Source: Clostridia bacterium
Lineage (GTDB): Bacteria; Bacillota; Clostridia; DSM-8532; SZUA-474
Assembly: GCA_003251775.1 (NCBI GenBank)
Contig: QKEK01000012.1
Span: forward strand, 4,393-68,392
DNA: 64,000 bases
Direction of reading: 5' to 3'
This document shows, one piece after another, positions 8,239-17,328 of this stretch; the first letter of the stretch is position 1; each line of letters begins with the position of its first letter. Both the position numbers and the translations under genes were made by a program. The notes under the pieces are model-generated. The model saw nothing but the letters and a program-made list of their open reading frames with translations. It was not told the DNA's origin and did no database searches.

Positions 8239-9159
8239 ATGGATTATGAAATAGTACTTTTTTTTAATCAGATAGGTGGCAGTTTTCTTGAATCTGCCTT
8301 AAGGCTGTTTAATTTTTTTGGAACAGAACTATTTTTTATACTGTTTATTCCATTTTTCTTCTGGTGTATTAATAAATCAATTGGAAAAAGGTTATTAATT
8401 CTTCTACTTATAACATACTATTTAAATCTGGTTTTAAAAGGATTGATACAGAGAAGTAGGCCTTTCTACTCGGAGTCCGGTAGGAAAGGTGGAGTAGAAA
8501 ACAGGCTTGGAGATGTTGGTCGATATGGTTTACCTTCTACGTATACCATGGTTGTCTCTACATTCTGGTTCTACCTATCCAGTTTATCAAGTAAAATAAG
8601 TGTAAAACTAATATCAATTCTTATTATTATAATTAGTGGAATATCAAGACTTGTTCTTGGAGTAAACTATTTATCAGATATTGTTCTGGCGGTCTTAATA
8701 TCTTTAATTGTACTTCTTCTTTTTAAAATATTTGAACCTGGCATAACTGATCTTTGCAATCAAAGGTATTCTGTAAGTCAAAGAATTTTTCTTACTATTT
8801 TTTCTGCAATAACTACTATAGTTATAGTTCAATTTTTGGGACTTGAAAATATTTATGAATCTATAGCTATAATAGGGGTTTTTTTAGGTTCTTTTTTGGG
8901 GATTGTTCTGGAAAAAGAGTATATAGGATTTAAGGTTGATGGAGCACTTGTAACAAGATTAGGTAGATATTTTATAGGTGTTGTTATTTTATCCTTTACA
9001 TATTTTATTTTTGATGAAATATACAGTTTTTTTGAATTAGATAACGGATTGTTTATTTTCATAAAATATTCAGTTATATCCTTCGTAGCTACATATCCAA
9101 TACCATATATATTTGTTAAAATGAATTTAGCCGATAATAGTTCATCGGATCATTTGTAA
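8239..9159 (+). CDS. PAP2-superfamily integral membrane protein with degenerate catalytic motifs
   Basis: Motif C1 KGLIQRSRP is intact. C2 PSGH reads PSTY. C3 SRx5Hx3D reads SRLVLGVNYLSD. Multiple TM segments. Confidence 0.65.
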   Translation: MDYEIVLFFNQIGGSFLESALRLFNFFGTELFFILFIPFFFWCINKSIGKRLLILLLITYYLNLVLKGLIQRSRPFYSESGRKGGVENRLGDVGRYGLPSTYTMVVSTFWFYLSSLSSKISVKLISILIIIISGISRLVLGVNYLSDIVLAVLISLIVLLLFKIFEPGITDLCNQRYSVSQRIFLTIFSAITTIVIVQFLGLENIYESIAIIGVFLGSFLGIVLEKEYIGFKVDGALVTRLGRYFIGVVILSFTYFIFDEIYSFFELDNGLFIFIKYSVISFVATYPIPYIFVKMNLADNSSSDHL

Positions 9160-9207
9160 AAAATCACATTCAGATATATATTATATATAGGTATGTAGGA
9201 GTTTTGT

Positions 9208-10428
9208 GTGGATTCAATAACAGTATTAACAATAGATGATAATGATACCATAAGGTTATCTATTTCAAGTTTTCTTGAAGATCTGGGCTATAATGTTATT
9301 GATGCAAACAGCGGTGAGTCTGGTATTGAGATTATAAAAAACAACCATGTAGATGTTGTTTTAACAGATGCATTAATGCCCGGGATATCCGGGATTGAAG
9401 TTCTGGAATTTGTAAAAAATAATTTTCCGGAACTTCCTGTTATTATTATTTCTGGAGCTGGGGAGATAAAGTATGCTATTGAGGCATTGAGATCCGGGGC
9501 CTGGAACTATATTACAAAACCTATCGAGGATTTAAGTTTTTTATCATATTCAATTGAAGAGGTTTTAAAAAAAGTACGACTAATAAATGAAAACAGGGTA
9601 AAATCCAGGGAAATTGAGAATAAAAACATAGAACTAAATGAGGCACTGGAAAAATTAAAAAATACCCAGAAACAGTTGGTGGAATCAGAAAAGATGGCAT
9701 CATTAGGATATATGCTTAATGGAGTTGCCCATGAGATAAACACACCCTTGGGTGTATGTTTAACTTCATCAAGTTTTATTAAAGAGAATTCAAAAGAGAT
9801 AAATAACCTGATTGAGTCTAACAAGATGACTTTAAAGGATTTTAAAAAATATATCTCTAATTCCAGTGATCTATCTAATATTATTTTTGACTCATTACAA
9901 ACAATAAACAATTTAGTAACAAATTTTAAACAACTCTCTGTTGAATCAATGGATTATAATAAAAAATGGTTTAATTTAAATGATAACATAAGAAGTGTTG
10001 TAATGTTTGTTGCGTCTTCATACCATAATATGCAGGTAGATATAGATATAACCGGAGTTGACCTTGATGTTGAATATTACTCCGATATAATTAATAGAAT
10101 ATTTATTAAATTAGCAGAGAATTCTATAATTCATGGTTTTGAGAGCAGAGTTTCCGGTAAGATAGAAGTTAATATTAAAATTGAGAATTCATTACTAATT
10201 ATTGATTTTTACAATAATGGGAAACAGATTCCAGAGGATTACATAGGAAAGATTTTTGATCCATTCTTTTCCACAAACAAGAAAAAGGGTACCGGTTTAG
10301 GATTGTGTATTGCATATAATCTTATTGTATTTAGTCTTCGGGGAAATATTACTTGTCAGAATAAAAATTATGGAGTGAATTTTACAATTGAAATTCCTAT
10401 GGATAATTTGTTATATAGAGTTAAGTGA
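9208..10428 (+). CDS. Hybrid receiver-histidine kinase (REC-HisKA-HATPase, soluble)
   Basis: REC domain (VLTDALMPGISG), H-box GVAHEINTPLGV, and G-boxes DPFFSTNKKKGTGLGL. GTG start preceded by GGAG. Confidence 0.85.
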   Translation: MDSITVLTIDDNDTIRLSISSFLEDLGYNVIDANSGESGIEIIKNNHVDVVLTDALMPGISGIEVLEFVKNNFPELPVIIISGAGEIKYAIEALRSGAWNYITKPIEDLSFLSYSIEEVLKKVRLINENRVKSREIENKNIELNEALEKLKNTQKQLVESEKMASLGYMLNGVAHEINTPLGVCLTSSSFIKENSKEINNLIESNKMTLKDFKKYISNSSDLSNIIFDSLQTINNLVTNFKQLSVESMDYNKKWFNLNDNIRSVVMFVASSYHNMQVDIDITGVDLDVEYYSDIINRIFIKLAENSIIHGFESRVSGKIEVNIKIENSLLIIDFYNNGKQIPEDYIGKIFDPFFSTNKKKGTGLGLCIAYNLIVFSLRGNITCQNKNYGVNFTIEIPMDNLLYRVK

Positions 10429-10950
10429 GAACTCTACAGCCATACCTTGACTATTTTTGGCTCTATTTAGTGCTTTATAGGCTTCATCAATCAGATTTTT
10501 TGAACTTGTGTGATTATCAGGAATTTGTGTGTGGATGCCAATTTTTAATTCATCATTTTCAGAAAGAGTGTTAAATAATCTTTTAATAACATTATCAACA
10601 CCCTCAACATCTGTATTATATAGAACGCAGACGTATGTTTTATCTTCAAAGTAGGATACAAAATCTGTATCCCTCTTAATAGTTGCTGTTAATTTTTTAT
10701 CAATGATAGTATTCCCCGGGTTATAAATAAATATAAGTGCTATTGGGTGTTGTATTCTTCTGGCTCTGTGAAATTCAGATAAAAATATCTTATCAAAATA
10801 GGTTCTATAATAAATTCCCGTATCAGGATTTACAGTATGCAATTTCTGAATCTCATCATCTTTCTGCAAGAGTTTTCTATTGTAAAAATTTCTTGTCAGC
10901 AAAAATGTGATAAATATTAATAGTAGAACAACTCCAAAATAGATCAACAT
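10411..10950 (-). CDS. Membrane-anchored degenerate GGDEF-domain protein
   Basis: One N-terminal TM segment. GGDEF-fold landmarks are present (DTGIYYRTYF, HRARR, ALNRAKNSG-like end), but GGDEF is replaced by EDKTY. RDTD lies 5 residues upstream, at the I-site position. Confidence 0.6.
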   Translation of the reverse strand: MLIYFGVVLLLIFITFLLTRNFYNRKLLQKDDEIQKLHTVNPDTGIYYRTYFDKIFLSEFHRARRIQHPIALIFIYNPGNTIIDKKLTATIKRDTDFVSYFEDKTYVCVLYNTDVEGVDNVIKRLFNTLSENDELKIGIHTQIPDNHTSSKNLIDEAYKALNRAKNSQGMAVEFSLNSI

Positions 10951-10969
10951 ACTATAATTATATGTCTAT

Positions 10970-12043
10970 TTAATTATATTTTAAAGTCTGTTCTTCCTTA
11001 TATTTCTCTATTCCATAGTTATAAATTTTATCCAGAAGTTCCGGGAAATTTAATCCACCTTCTCTACAAAGCATTGAAAACATACTTATTTTAGTAAATC
11101 CCGGAATTGTGTTTATCTCATTTAAACTTATTTCATCTGTATCTTTATCTATAAAAAAGTCTACTCGGCTAAAACCTTTTATATTTAGAGCAGAGTAAGC
11201 TTTTTTGGCTATATCCTGAATTTTAGTTGCTGTTGTACTATCCAGAACAGCAGGAATAATCAGCTTTGCTCCATCCGGGTCTGTATATTTTGCATCGTAG
11301 TCATAAAACTCATGGGATGGTGCAATCTCACCTAAAGGGAATGTAATAGGTTCATCATTACCTATAACAGAACACTCTACCTCTCTTGCATTTACTGATT
11401 TTTCAATAAGTATTTTGTGGTCATACATAAAGGCATTGGTTATAGCTGTTTCCAGTTTTTCCCTTGAACTCGCTTTTGATACACCAACCGAAGAACCTGT
11501 TTTAACTGGTTTTACAAAAACCGGATATTGAAATTTTGATTCAATACAATTTATGTAATACTGTGGATTACTTTTGTATGAGTATTTTTTTATGCTTATG
11601 TAAGGAACAATAGGAAGCCCCTCTTTCTGCCATATAATTTTGGCATACTCTTTATCCATAGCCATAAAACTACCTTCAAGTCCCGATCCTGCATAGGGTA
11701 TTCCAACTAAATCAAGCATACCTTGAAGAGTTCCATCTTCCCCAAAAGTTCCATGAAGAATTGGAAAAATAAAACTTATATTTAGGGATGAACCTTTTAC
11801 ATGGAAACCTCTACCTGGAGTCAGACTTACTAAATTATCATCATCTTCCACTATCGAAAGTGAATCTGTATCATTATTGTAATTTTGCTGATAATACCAT
11901 AACCCGGTTCTGGTAATACCAATTAAATGTATATTGTATTTTGATTTATCAAGATTTTTTTCTACTGAAGAAGCAGATCTAAGGGAGACTTCATGCTCAC
12001 CACTTTTTCCACCATATAAGATAGCTACGTTTATTTTATTCAT
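10970..12043 (-). CDS. ddl: D-alanine--D-alanine ligase
   Basis: 357 aa. The N-terminus VAILYGGKSGEHEVSLRSA and the ATP-grasp body are typical of Ddl. Confidence 0.95.
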   Translation of the reverse strand: MNKINVAILYGGKSGEHEVSLRSASSVEKNLDKSKYNIHLIGITRTGLWYYQQNYNNDTDSLSIVEDDDNLVSLTPGRGFHVKGSSLNISFIFPILHGTFGEDGTLQGMLDLVGIPYAGSGLEGSFMAMDKEYAKIIWQKEGLPIVPYISIKKYSYKSNPQYYINCIESKFQYPVFVKPVKTGSSVGVSKASSREKLETAITNAFMYDHKILIEKSVNAREVECSVIGNDEPITFPLGEIAPSHEFYDYDAKYTDPDGAKLIIPAVLDSTTATKIQDIAKKAYSALNIKGFSRVDFFIDKDTDEISLNEINTIPGFTKISMFSMLCREGGLNFPELLDKIYNYGIEKYKEEQTLKYN

Positions 12044-12109
12044 AGATATATAATATTACAAAGCTATAGATTGGGCAATGAATATGGAAAATGATTATTA
12101 AATATGATA

Positions 12110-12128
12110 GCCGGGAAAGTTCCCCGGC
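12110..12128 (-). terminator. Putative terminator hairpin after the fucosidase gene
   Basis: GCCGGG-N7-CCCGGC directly downstream of the stop at 12134. The T tract on the minus strand is weak. Confidence 0.4.
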
Positions 12129-12133
12129 ATTTT

Positions 12134-13630
12134 CTAGTAAATTATTTTAAAGCAATTAACAAATGATGATGGAGGTGTTTCTGGGAGTTCTTCCAGTAGT
12201 AGTCCATCCTCTGTATAACTAAATTTAATTTCTCTATCTGATCCCAGTAAAATTACTTCTTTTATTGAGTAAGGATAAGAAACCGGGCCTTGAGATCCAC
12301 GTCTATCAGCAAAACTTTTAATTAGAGTCTTTCCATTAGTAGACCATGACATCTGAAATGCATAAATAGTATTTAGTTTTGTTGTAAATCTAAAATCTTC
12401 ACTTGTCCAGTTCAGTGCTTTTTCATTAAGCTCACCACCCTGAGGTAGTGTAGGCCCTTCCATTGCAGTATGCCATGGTCTGGTTTCAAAAATTCCTTCT
12501 CCATTAATGTTATTCCATTTAGCCAGGTCCTCAAGTATTTGATTACCCTCATCATGTATTTTCCCATCCGGCATAATTGGTATATTTAGTAGTAAATTTC
12601 CATTTTTAGCAACAATGTCAACAAATAGTTCAATAATGTGTTTTGATGTTTTATATTTTTGTCTTGCACTGTAGAACCAGCCTCCAAGGCAGGTATCTGT
12701 TTGCCATGGATCCTGAGCCTTTTCTCCTTGAACTCCACACTCTATATCAAGAATACCTATCTGATAAATTCCGGGATTCTCTGATTTTTGATTATATACG
12801 GCTCTGTTTACACCATTATTTTTTTTCATATTTGAGTTGTAAAAATGTGCAACTATTCCAAGGCCATACTCATTAAATGGTAGAGGCCCATCAGAATATA
12901 GGAGATCCGGCTGGATTGTATCAACTAAATCCTTAATTCTGTCAAACCAATGCTTATGAAACCATTCATTATCAGTGTACCAACGGAGAGATTGATTTTC
13001 CAGAATCGGTTCATCTTTGTTAGGATAATACAGGTCCTGATAATCAGGATCGTTACCATCATAGGGTACATCTTTATAAGGACCGGATTTATCATGTCCC
13101 TTGTTCACTGACCACCATGAGAATGCAGCTCCTAAATGTTCTGTTACTCCAAATGGAATGTTATACTCTTTTGCAGCATCTTTCCATGCCTTTAAAATAT
13201 CTACTCTTGGACCCATTTGTGCTGAATTCCATCTGTTATGTGCTGAGTCCCACATATCAAAATTATCATGATGCATTGCTGTTGCACAAAAGTATTTAGC
13301 CCCTGCAGCTACATATTTTTTCATTAATTCTTTAGGGTCAAAATTCTCAGCCTTCCATAGTTTAATAACATCTTTCCATCCAAACTTTGATGGATGTCCA
13401 TAGGTTCTCCAGTGGTGTCTGTAAATTTCATGCCCTTCAATGTACATGTTTCTAGCATACCAGTCACCACACATAGGGACAGCCTGTGGTCCCCAGTGAG
13501 CCCATAACCCAAGTTTGGCATCTCTAAACCAATCTGGACATGTATACTCTCTTAGAGATTCCCAGCTTGGGTCGTATGAACCTTTTTCAATAGACTCTAA
13601 CTTATCATTTAATGTTTGTGATGATTTCAT
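12134..13630 (-). CDS. Alpha-L-fucosidase, GH29 family
   Basis: 498 aa. PDWFRDAKLGLWAHWGPQ and HHDNFDMW motifs are typical of GH29. No signal peptide. Confidence 0.9.
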   Translation of the reverse strand: MKSSQTLNDKLESIEKGSYDPSWESLREYTCPDWFRDAKLGLWAHWGPQAVPMCGDWYARNMYIEGHEIYRHHWRTYGHPSKFGWKDVIKLWKAENFDPKELMKKYVAAGAKYFCATAMHHDNFDMWDSAHNRWNSAQMGPRVDILKAWKDAAKEYNIPFGVTEHLGAAFSWWSVNKGHDKSGPYKDVPYDGNDPDYQDLYYPNKDEPILENQSLRWYTDNEWFHKHWFDRIKDLVDTIQPDLLYSDGPLPFNEYGLGIVAHFYNSNMKKNNGVNRAVYNQKSENPGIYQIGILDIECGVQGEKAQDPWQTDTCLGGWFYSARQKYKTSKHIIELFVDIVAKNGNLLLNIPIMPDGKIHDEGNQILEDLAKWNNINGEGIFETRPWHTAMEGPTLPQGGELNEKALNWTSEDFRFTTKLNTIYAFQMSWSTNGKTLIKSFADRRGSQGPVSYPYSIKEVILLGSDREIKFSYTEDGLLLEELPETPPSSFVNCFKIIY

Positions 13631-13646
13631 TCCTGTATTACTCCGA

Positions 13647-13680
13647 AAATAGCTGTTATCTTGTAAGCTAACAGCTATTT
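13647..13680 (-). other. Perfect 12-bp stem-loop between the binding-protein gene and the fucosidase gene
   Basis: AAATAGCTGTTA-N10-TAACAGCTATTT, with no strong U tract. Its position after the SBP gene suggests an intra-operon mRNA stabiliser or attenuator. Confidence 0.5.
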
Positions 13681-13685
13681 GATTT

Positions 13686-15272
13686 TTATTTATTATTCTG
13701 TCTCTTCCAAATTGTATTTATCATTTCGCCCAATTTGGCAGAACCTTTATTTTGACACTCTTTTTCATAAGCTTCCCAGTTACTAAAGGATTCCTTACCA
13801 AAAATAAATTCTTCTGTTTTTTGCTTAAAGTAATTATCCAGACTAGACTGGATCATTTTCATCTCTTCTCTTTCATCTGCTGTAGGAAGTAATTTTGGAT
13901 CAAAAGCTGGTACAACATTTTCTTTAGCCATCTCTTTAAATGCTGCCTGTGCCTCTTTAGATTGGAAGTCCATGTATGCATCCATATCGTAGACAACGTT
14001 AAAAACATTATTAAGTGTTCCAGTCTCTTTAGTTGGGTCAAATTCACCGGATAAAACTTGAGGAAGATAGTGTTTACTACCATCTGCATCAGTTTTAAAT
14101 GTTACACCTTCAACACCCCATGCAAATAGTTCAACAGCGTCATCGGTATAAAACCAGTCTATAAACTGTAATAGTCTGTCAAAGTATTTTTCATTAGCAA
14201 CTCTTGCAGGGATTACCCAACCCATAGCAAATTTATTAGCTTGTCTTACACCTCTGTCTCCATCTGGACCTTTTGGCGGTAGCATAGCAGTTATTGTAAA
14301 GTCGGGGTCCTCCTTTCTTGCAGTAGCGTAATATCTTTTCTCATTACCAAGCCAATCAAGCATGAAAAAAGTTTTACCAGTCATAATCTTTTGTTCATAT
14401 ACATTACTGTCCAATGTAGCAAATTCAGGATCAAGGAGACCTTCTTTTAACATTTTATTAAACCATTGAAGTAGGTTTTTAAATTCAACAGATGTTGGAG
14501 CAAAAATCCACTCTTTCTTTTCCGGATCAAACCAATAACCACCAGAAGTTAACCCCCATCCCGCTCTTGTCCCAAAAGATGGTGCAATAACACTTAACAC
14601 ATTATCTGCAGTAAATCTGTTTGTAATAGGATAGGAATCCGGGTATATAGATTTAAGTTTTTTTGCAGCAGTATAAACATCTTCCATTGTTTGGGGAACT
14701 TCAATATTATGTTTCTCAAGAAGGTCTGACCTATATAACCATGTCTGGTTCTGAATTCTCTCTTTTTGAACTCTAACAGGTAACTGATACCAGTTTCCAT
14801 CTTCTTCTGTTATATTTCTTAAATCATCTTCAAGACCAAATTCTTTTATTGTTCTTGATAGGTTAGGCATTTTATCCAAATATTTGTTAATCGGTAACAG
14901 TATCCCGCTGGCAGCATAGTCTGTCACTTCACTGGCCAATGTTTTTGAAACAATGTCGGGAATATTTCCTGAATTTAAAACTATTCTTCGTTTTGTTGTA
15001 TAGTCTGCTTCCGGAACAGGTTGAATTTTTAGAGTTACATTGGTTAATTCTGTCATTTTTTGAAGTGTAATCCAATCTTTTTTATAACCGTAACTTGCAT
15101 TATCCGAGTATAACATAGTGAATTCTATAGGCTTGTTGGAGATAGCCTTAGATTCAGTGATTTTCTCTGAATCTGATGTTTTCTCTTTTTGCCCGTTGGC
15201 AAAAACTCCTGGGGTGATAACAGCAAAAAAAAGAATTGCTGTTAATAATCTTAATAAATTTCTTTTTCTCAT
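13686..15272 (-). CDS. ABC transporter extracellular solute-binding protein (large sugar type, about 500 aa)
   Basis: Signal peptide MRKRNLLRLLTAILFFAVITPGVFA. Its size and its position next to two sugar permeases match family-1 oligosaccharide SBPs. Confidence 0.9.
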   Translation of the reverse strand: MRKRNLLRLLTAILFFAVITPGVFANGQKEKTSDSEKITESKAISNKPIEFTMLYSDNASYGYKKDWITLQKMTELTNVTLKIQPVPEADYTTKRRIVLNSGNIPDIVSKTLASEVTDYAASGILLPINKYLDKMPNLSRTIKEFGLEDDLRNITEEDGNWYQLPVRVQKERIQNQTWLYRSDLLEKHNIEVPQTMEDVYTAAKKLKSIYPDSYPITNRFTADNVLSVIAPSFGTRAGWGLTSGGYWFDPEKKEWIFAPTSVEFKNLLQWFNKMLKEGLLDPEFATLDSNVYEQKIMTGKTFFMLDWLGNEKRYYATARKEDPDFTITAMLPPKGPDGDRGVRQANKFAMGWVIPARVANEKYFDRLLQFIDWFYTDDAVELFAWGVEGVTFKTDADGSKHYLPQVLSGEFDPTKETGTLNNVFNVVYDMDAYMDFQSKEAQAAFKEMAKENVVPAFDPKLLPTADEREEMKMIQSSLDNYFKQKTEEFIFGKESFSNWEAYEKECQNKGSAKLGEMINTIWKRQNNK

Positions 15273-15335
15273 TTATAAGCCTCCATTGCTTAAATTTAAA
15301 TATAACTAGTTGAGTTTCTCAACTGTTTAATTTTT

Positions 15336-16211
15336 CTATCCTTTTATTGATCCAATCATCATTCCCTGTACAAAATATTTTTGAATGAATGGGTATACTG
15401 CCAGAATTGGAATTGTAACAAGCATTATTGTTGCAGCCTGAAGTGTTTGTGGAAGAGTTGTAACTGCAGATGAGTCTACTGCTTGTCCACTTGCTGCTGT
15501 CATCTGAGATCCCATTACGATATTTCTCAGAAATAGAGTTACTGGATAAAGGTCATCCATATTTAGAAATATTAGAGCTGAAAACCAGTCATTCCATATT
15601 TGAACAGCAATAAATAAACCAATAGTTGCAATAATTGGTTTTGATAAAGGAATTACTATATGGGAAAGAATCTGGAGTTGATTTAAACCATCAATCTCTC
15701 CAGCATCAATTAGGGCTTGGGGTATACCCATAAAAAAAGTTCTCATTACAAGCACGTTAAAAATAATAATTGCGTTGGGTACAATTATTGCCCAAATTGT
15801 ATCAATCCAGCCTAAATTGCTAACAAGAAGATAGAGGGGAATTAATCCTCCACTGAAGAACATGGTAAAAACCATAAATTTTAGAATTACATCTTTTCCA
15901 GGAAAATCATCTCGTGAAAGTGGATATGCTAAACTAACTGTTAAAAAAAGACCTAAAAAAGTCCCTGTTGTTGTGAAAAGAAGAGTATTTCTATACCCAT
16001 TCCAAAACCGTGATTCTGTTATAATGCTTGTATAGGCAGATAAATTAAAATCAACTGGGAGAAAATGAACTCTGTTGTTTATTACTGCTTGTGCACTACT
16101 AAAAGATTGTGCAAACATATATATAAATGGATATAGTGTTATAAAAGTTATGCATGCCATGCATATAACATTAAATGTCTTAAATATTTTGTATGATTTT
16201 GAATCTTGCAT
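15336..16211 (-). CDS. Carbohydrate ABC transporter permease
   Basis: Six-TM MalG/LplC-like protein with an EAA-loop region (DAGEIDGLNQLQILSHIVIPL). Confidence 0.9.
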   Translation of the reverse strand: MQDSKSYKIFKTFNVICMACITFITLYPFIYMFAQSFSSAQAVINNRVHFLPVDFNLSAYTSIITESRFWNGYRNTLLFTTTGTFLGLFLTVSLAYPLSRDDFPGKDVILKFMVFTMFFSGGLIPLYLLVSNLGWIDTIWAIIVPNAIIIFNVLVMRTFFMGIPQALIDAGEIDGLNQLQILSHIVIPLSKPIIATIGLFIAVQIWNDWFSALIFLNMDDLYPVTLFLRNIVMGSQMTAASGQAVDSSAVTTLPQTLQAATIMLVTIPILAVYPFIQKYFVQGMMIGSIKG

Positions 16212-16220
16212 CTTTCTCTC

Positions 16221-17141
16221 CTACCAAAGACTGTAGTCTGTATATTTTCTGGCAAACCAGTTTGTAGTCCATAATAGAACTAAGCTTATTAATGACTGGA
16301 ATAATCCAACTGCTGTAGAGTAGCTAAAATGCCCCTGATCAATACCCATTCTGAAAACGAATGTTTGTAAAATGTCTGCTGTAGAGTAAATAATAGGGGA
16401 ATATAGAAGAAGAACTTTTTCAAAGCCAATCATAAGCATATTCCCAACTGCCAATGTAAAACAGATTATTATGGTTGGCATTATTCCGGGAATAGTTATA
16501 TGTATTGTCTGTTTCCATCTGTTGGCACCATCAATCATTGCTGCTTCATACTGCTGGTTATCAATTCCACTAAGTGCTGCAATATACAAAATCGCATTCC
16601 ATCCCATAAATTGCCAAACGTCTGAAAAAATATAGATTGTCCTAAACCAGCCTGGTTCACTTAAAAAAAGTATTTTGTCTCCTGTAAAAAATTGAATAAC
16701 TTCGTTTACAATACCTGTTGAGGGAGAAAGCAGGGATTTAATAATTCCTACAACCACAACAGTTGAGAAGAAACGGGGTAGATATGATACAGTCTGTATA
16801 AATTTTTTACTGTTTTTAGATTTAATCTCATTTAACATTAATGCAAAAATTATTGGTATCGGAAATGAGATAATAAGATTAAAGATACTAAGCAGCAGTG
16901 TATTTTTAAATACTTTCCAAAATGTATTGTCAGTAAGAAACATTTTAAAATATTTCAAACCAACCCAGTGTTCTCCAAAAATAGCTCTCCCTGGATAATG
17001 TTGTCTAAAGGCCAGAACTATTCCATACATTGGTACATATTTGAATAAAACTAAGTAGACAATAGGAAGAATGATTAAACAATATAGCAGACCATATTTT
17101 TTTAATCGCCAAAAGTTATTTTTTGTATTAAGCGTATGCAT
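16221..17141 (-). CDS. Carbohydrate ABC transporter permease
   Basis: MalF/LplB-like protein with EAA loop EAAMIDGANRWKQTIHITIP. Confidence 0.9.
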   Translation of the reverse strand: MHTLNTKNNFWRLKKYGLLYCLIILPIVYLVLFKYVPMYGIVLAFRQHYPGRAIFGEHWVGLKYFKMFLTDNTFWKVFKNTLLLSIFNLIISFPIPIIFALMLNEIKSKNSKKFIQTVSYLPRFFSTVVVVGIIKSLLSPSTGIVNEVIQFFTGDKILFLSEPGWFRTIYIFSDVWQFMGWNAILYIAALSGIDNQQYEAAMIDGANRWKQTIHITIPGIMPTIIICFTLAVGNMLMIGFEKVLLLYSPIIYSTADILQTFVFRMGIDQGHFSYSTAVGLFQSLISLVLLWTTNWFARKYTDYSLW

Positions 17142-17217
17142 ATAAGTGTTTTTCTCCTTAACAAGTTAATTGTTCATACACACTAACACTGGTTTTTGGT
17201 GAGAGAAAGTTATGATA

Positions 17218-17282
17218 TTCCTACTATGTAGCTATAATCCTTCTTTTGATGTTAATAAATTCCCTACTGTTATAAAAATCCC
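17218..17282. promoter_or_regulatory. Direct repeat ATTCC(C)TACT..ATAA..TCC x2, with starts 42 bp apart, in the divergent promoter region
   Basis: Copies at 17218-17241 and 17260-17282, read directly. The geometry fits AraC-type tandem half-sites. Confidence 0.3.
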
Positions 17283-17328
17283 AAATTATGCATGTTGTAA
17301 AATTCTACCATGTTAGAAATTTCATCTT

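Noticed and set aside
9507-9911. 134-aa and 60-aa antisense ORFs inside the REC-histidine kinase gene
   Set aside because: These are shadow frames of an AT-rich coding region. They are Phe/Ser/Ile-rich with no start context.
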